In this document: positions 61,887 through 64,000 of the stretch, one piece after another
How positions within the stretch are numbered: position 1 is the first letter of the stretch
Layout: every line of letters begins with the position of its first letter
NCBI GenBank assembly: GCA_050998515.1
Contig: JBPCQC010000019.1
Span: 200,357-264,356, forward strand
DNA from: Verrucomicrobiales bacterium
GTDB lineage: Bacteria; Verrucomicrobiota; Verrucomicrobiia; Verrucomicrobiales; V1-33
Direction: 5' to 3'
Length of the DNA stretch: 64,000 nt
The notes under the pieces: generated by a model
Told to the model about the DNA's origin: nothing
The model's input: only the letters and a program-made list of their open reading frames with translations
The model's database searches: none
Position numbers and translations under genes: made by a program

Positions 61887-63605
61887 TCACAAAGCCAAAT
61901 CCGCGTCGGTGACGGCACCTTCAGTCGCTGATTTGACGGTGGCGGCAAATTTTGCGAGCACTCCGCGGGTGTAGCGTGGTTTGGGCTGTTTCCAATCGCG
62001 CAGCCGGGTGGCCAGATCCTCGTCGGAGATTTGCAGATCGATTCGCCGCTTCCGGGCATCGATCACGATGATGTCCCCGTTTTTCACCACGGCAATCGGT
62101 CCACCGACATAAGCCTCCGGGGTTATATGGCCGGCTACAAAGCCGTGGCTGCCGCCGGAAAATCGTCCGTCGGTAATGAGCGCAACGTCCTGGCCAAGTC
62201 CGCGGCCCATGATAGCGCTGGTGGGGCCAAGCATTTCACGCATGCCCGGCCCACCCTTCGGACCTTCGAGGCGGATGACAATGACATCGCCTTTGATGAT
62301 TTTGTCACCAAGAATCGCCTCCATGGCAGCTTCCTCGGACTCAAACACCCGGGCTTTGCCGGTGAACTTTTCGCCCTCTTTGCCGGAAATCTTTGCCACG
62401 GCACCGAGCGGAGCAAGGTTTCCGTAAAGAATCACCAAATGCCCCGTCCTTTTTACCGGGTTTTTGAAACCGCGGATCACCGTCTGGCCCTTTGGGTAGT
62501 GCGGTTTCACGCGCGCAAGGTTCTCTTTCAGCGTCCTGCCGGTAACCGTCATGGTTCCGCCTTCGAGCAGGCCTTCATCAAGCAGCATGCGCATGAGCGG
62601 AAGAGTGCCTCCGATTTTCACCAGGTCTGCCATGACGTGCCGCCCCGAAGGCTTCAAGTCGGCCAGGACAGGCACTTTTTTTCCCACGCGTGTGAAATCT
62701 TCAAGGCCCAGCTTGATGCCCGCAGAGTGGGCCATTGCAAGCAGGTGAAGCACCGCGTTGGTCGAGCCTCCGAGCGCCGTCACCATCGCGATGGCATTCA
62801 GAAAAGCGGCGCGAGTTAGTATATCGAGCGGGCGAATCCCTTTCTTCAGCAGGTGAAGCACGGCGGCACCCGCGTCGAAGCAGTCCCGCAATTTGTCATC
62901 ACTGGTGGCGGCCTGCGCAGAGCTGTTAGGCAATGACAACCCCAGCGCCTCGATCGCTGAGGCCATGGTGTTTGCGGTATACATCCCGCCGCACGACCCG
63001 GGACCAGGGATCGCTGTTTCCTCGATGGAACGCAACTCGGCGTCATCGATCTGGCCGCCGGCATGCTTCCCCACCGCTTCGAAAACGGACACAATATCGA
63101 CATCCCGCCCATCGTGACACCCGGGAAAAATGGTCCCGCCGTAAACGAAAACACTCGGACGGTTTAGCCGGGCCATCGCCATCACGCATCCCGGCATATT
63201 TTTGTCGCAGCCGCCAATCGCAACAAACCCATCGAAATTTTCGCACCCCACCACCGTCTCAATCGAATCCGCGATGACTTCACGGCTGACCAGCGAATAC
63301 TTCATGCCTTCGGTACCCATCGAAATCCCATCCGAAATGGTGATGGTATTGAAAATGACCGCCTTTCCGCCACCGGCGTCCGCGCCCTTGGCTGCTTCCT
63401 TTGCCAGGCGGTCGATGTGCATGTTGCACGGAGTCACCATCGACCACGTGCTCGCAATCCCGACCTGCGGCTTCGCGAAATCCTCACGCTTGAAACCCAC
63501 GGCATGCAACATGGCGCGGCTCGCAGCACGCTCCGGGCCGTCCACAAGCTGGCTCGAATGCGGACGGGGAATTTTCGAAGCAGATCGTCTGGTCTTGGAG
63601 CTCAT
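61887..63605 (-). CDS. ilvD: Dihydroxy-acid dehydratase
   Basis: ATG at 63605 gives 572 aa. Conserved IlvD blocks are present ([59 protein letters not shown]). Confidence 0.92.
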   Translation of the reverse strand: MSSKTRRSASKIPRPHSSQLVDGPERAASRAMLHAVGFKREDFAKPQVGIASTWSMVTPCNMHIDRLAKEAAKGADAGGGKAVIFNTITISDGISMGTEGMKYSLVSREVIADSIETVVGCENFDGFVAIGGCDKNMPGCVMAMARLNRPSVFVYGGTIFPGCHDGRDVDIVSVFEAVGKHAGGQIDDAELRSIEETAIPGPGSCGGMYTANTMASAIEALGLSLPNSSAQAATSDDKLRDCFDAGAAVLHLLKKGIRPLDILTRAAFLNAIAMVTALGGSTNAVLHLLAMAHSAGIKLGLEDFTRVGKKVPVLADLKPSGRHVMADLVKIGGTLPLMRMLLDEGLLEGGTMTVTGRTLKENLARVKPHYPKGQTVIRGFKNPVKRTGHLVILYGNLAPLGAVAKISGKEGEKFTGKARVFESEEAAMEAILGDKIIKGDVIVIRLEGPKGGPGMREMLGPTSAIMGRGLGQDVALITDGRFSGGSHGFVAGHITPEAYVGGPIAVVKNGDIIVIDARKRRIDLQISDEDLATRLRDWKQPKPRYTRGVLAKFAATVKSATEGAVTDADLAL

Positions 63606-64000
63606 TACTGCGCTTTCTTTCGCGCAAGGCGCATGACGCGTCAAGATTAGGCGGTGTTTGTATTCTCGCATAAATCTTTCGGCGCCGAGAGAGGACAGGC
63701 GGAACCGCTGGCATAAAACCCCGCCATCGATACTTTGCCCGCCCCGTGACTACTGGTCTCAAGGTTTCTCAAATTTCGGCATGGCTCAGGTGGCTGGCGG
63801 GATCGTTTCTGCCGGTCGGATTCGCACTGGGATGGGCCACGGCAGTTTGGAGCAGGATGAGCAGCGTCCAACCGATCGCCATCGCTCAAACCCGCGTCGC
63901 CGAACGCCCGGATGGCCGGCCAATCGAGCAGGTGATTAACTTGGTCCGCCAGGCAGTAGTCTTTCCCAAGCCACAGGAATGATTCGCCGTAGTGCTAAAA

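Noticed and set aside
63672-64000. Short ORFs (63746-63982 on the + strand, 63647-63889 on the - strand) at the window edge upstream of ilvD.
   Set aside because: No recognisable motifs, and the ORFs are mutually overlapping. The region probably carries the ilvD promoter, and it is left unannotated.

Overview
High-GC (about 60%) bacterial chromosomal window. The gene content looks Verrucomicrobiota/Planctomycetota-like: a DUF1592/DUF1552 pair, DUF1080, CRTAC1/ASPIC-UnbV, a giant LTD-CotH protein and Tat-signal hydrolases. That taxonomic call is inference only, since no database search was possible.

The centrepiece is a complete type I-E CRISPR-Cas locus at 31.9-47.85 kb. Its order is pseudo-cas3, a small reverse antitoxin-like gene, cas3, cse1/cas8e, cse2/cas11, cas6e, cas7e, cas5e, mntA-hepT, cas1e, cas2e. 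An 80-repeat, 79-spacer array follows (29-nt repeat GTTCTCCCCACCCGCGTGGGGATGGTCCG).

Unusual points in this locus:
- A HEPN/MNT (HepT-MntA) toxin-antitoxin pair is wired into the cas operon between the Cascade genes and cas1-cas2, with an ATGA start/stop overlap to cas5e.
- A diverged, internally deleted cas3 relic sits just upstream of the intact cas3.
- cas6e is placed before cas7/cas5.
- The leader is only 49 nt.
- Two spacers target the same protospacer in two wobble-variant targets.
- The cas1 and cas2 5' leaders are built from G-free tandem heptanucleotide repeats.

The flanks carry ordinary accessory and housekeeping genes: a multiheme cytochrome-TPR protein, CRTAC1-like, Ada, a molybdopterin oxidoreductase, YciI plus an ECF sigma factor, an ankyrin protein, PP2C plus STAS, an L,D-transpeptidase and IlvD. 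TA-like modules are dense (2x VapBC, HigBA-like, a nucleotidyltransferase pair, DUF433, and decayed ParE-like relics). Several genes are inactivated, by in-frame TAG, TAA or TGA stops, by one frameshift with a hairpin insertion, and by truncation.

Many long ORFs in the supplied track are high-GC antisense artefacts or translations of CRISPR repeats. All functional calls rest on motif recognition by eye and need homology or structure searches to confirm.
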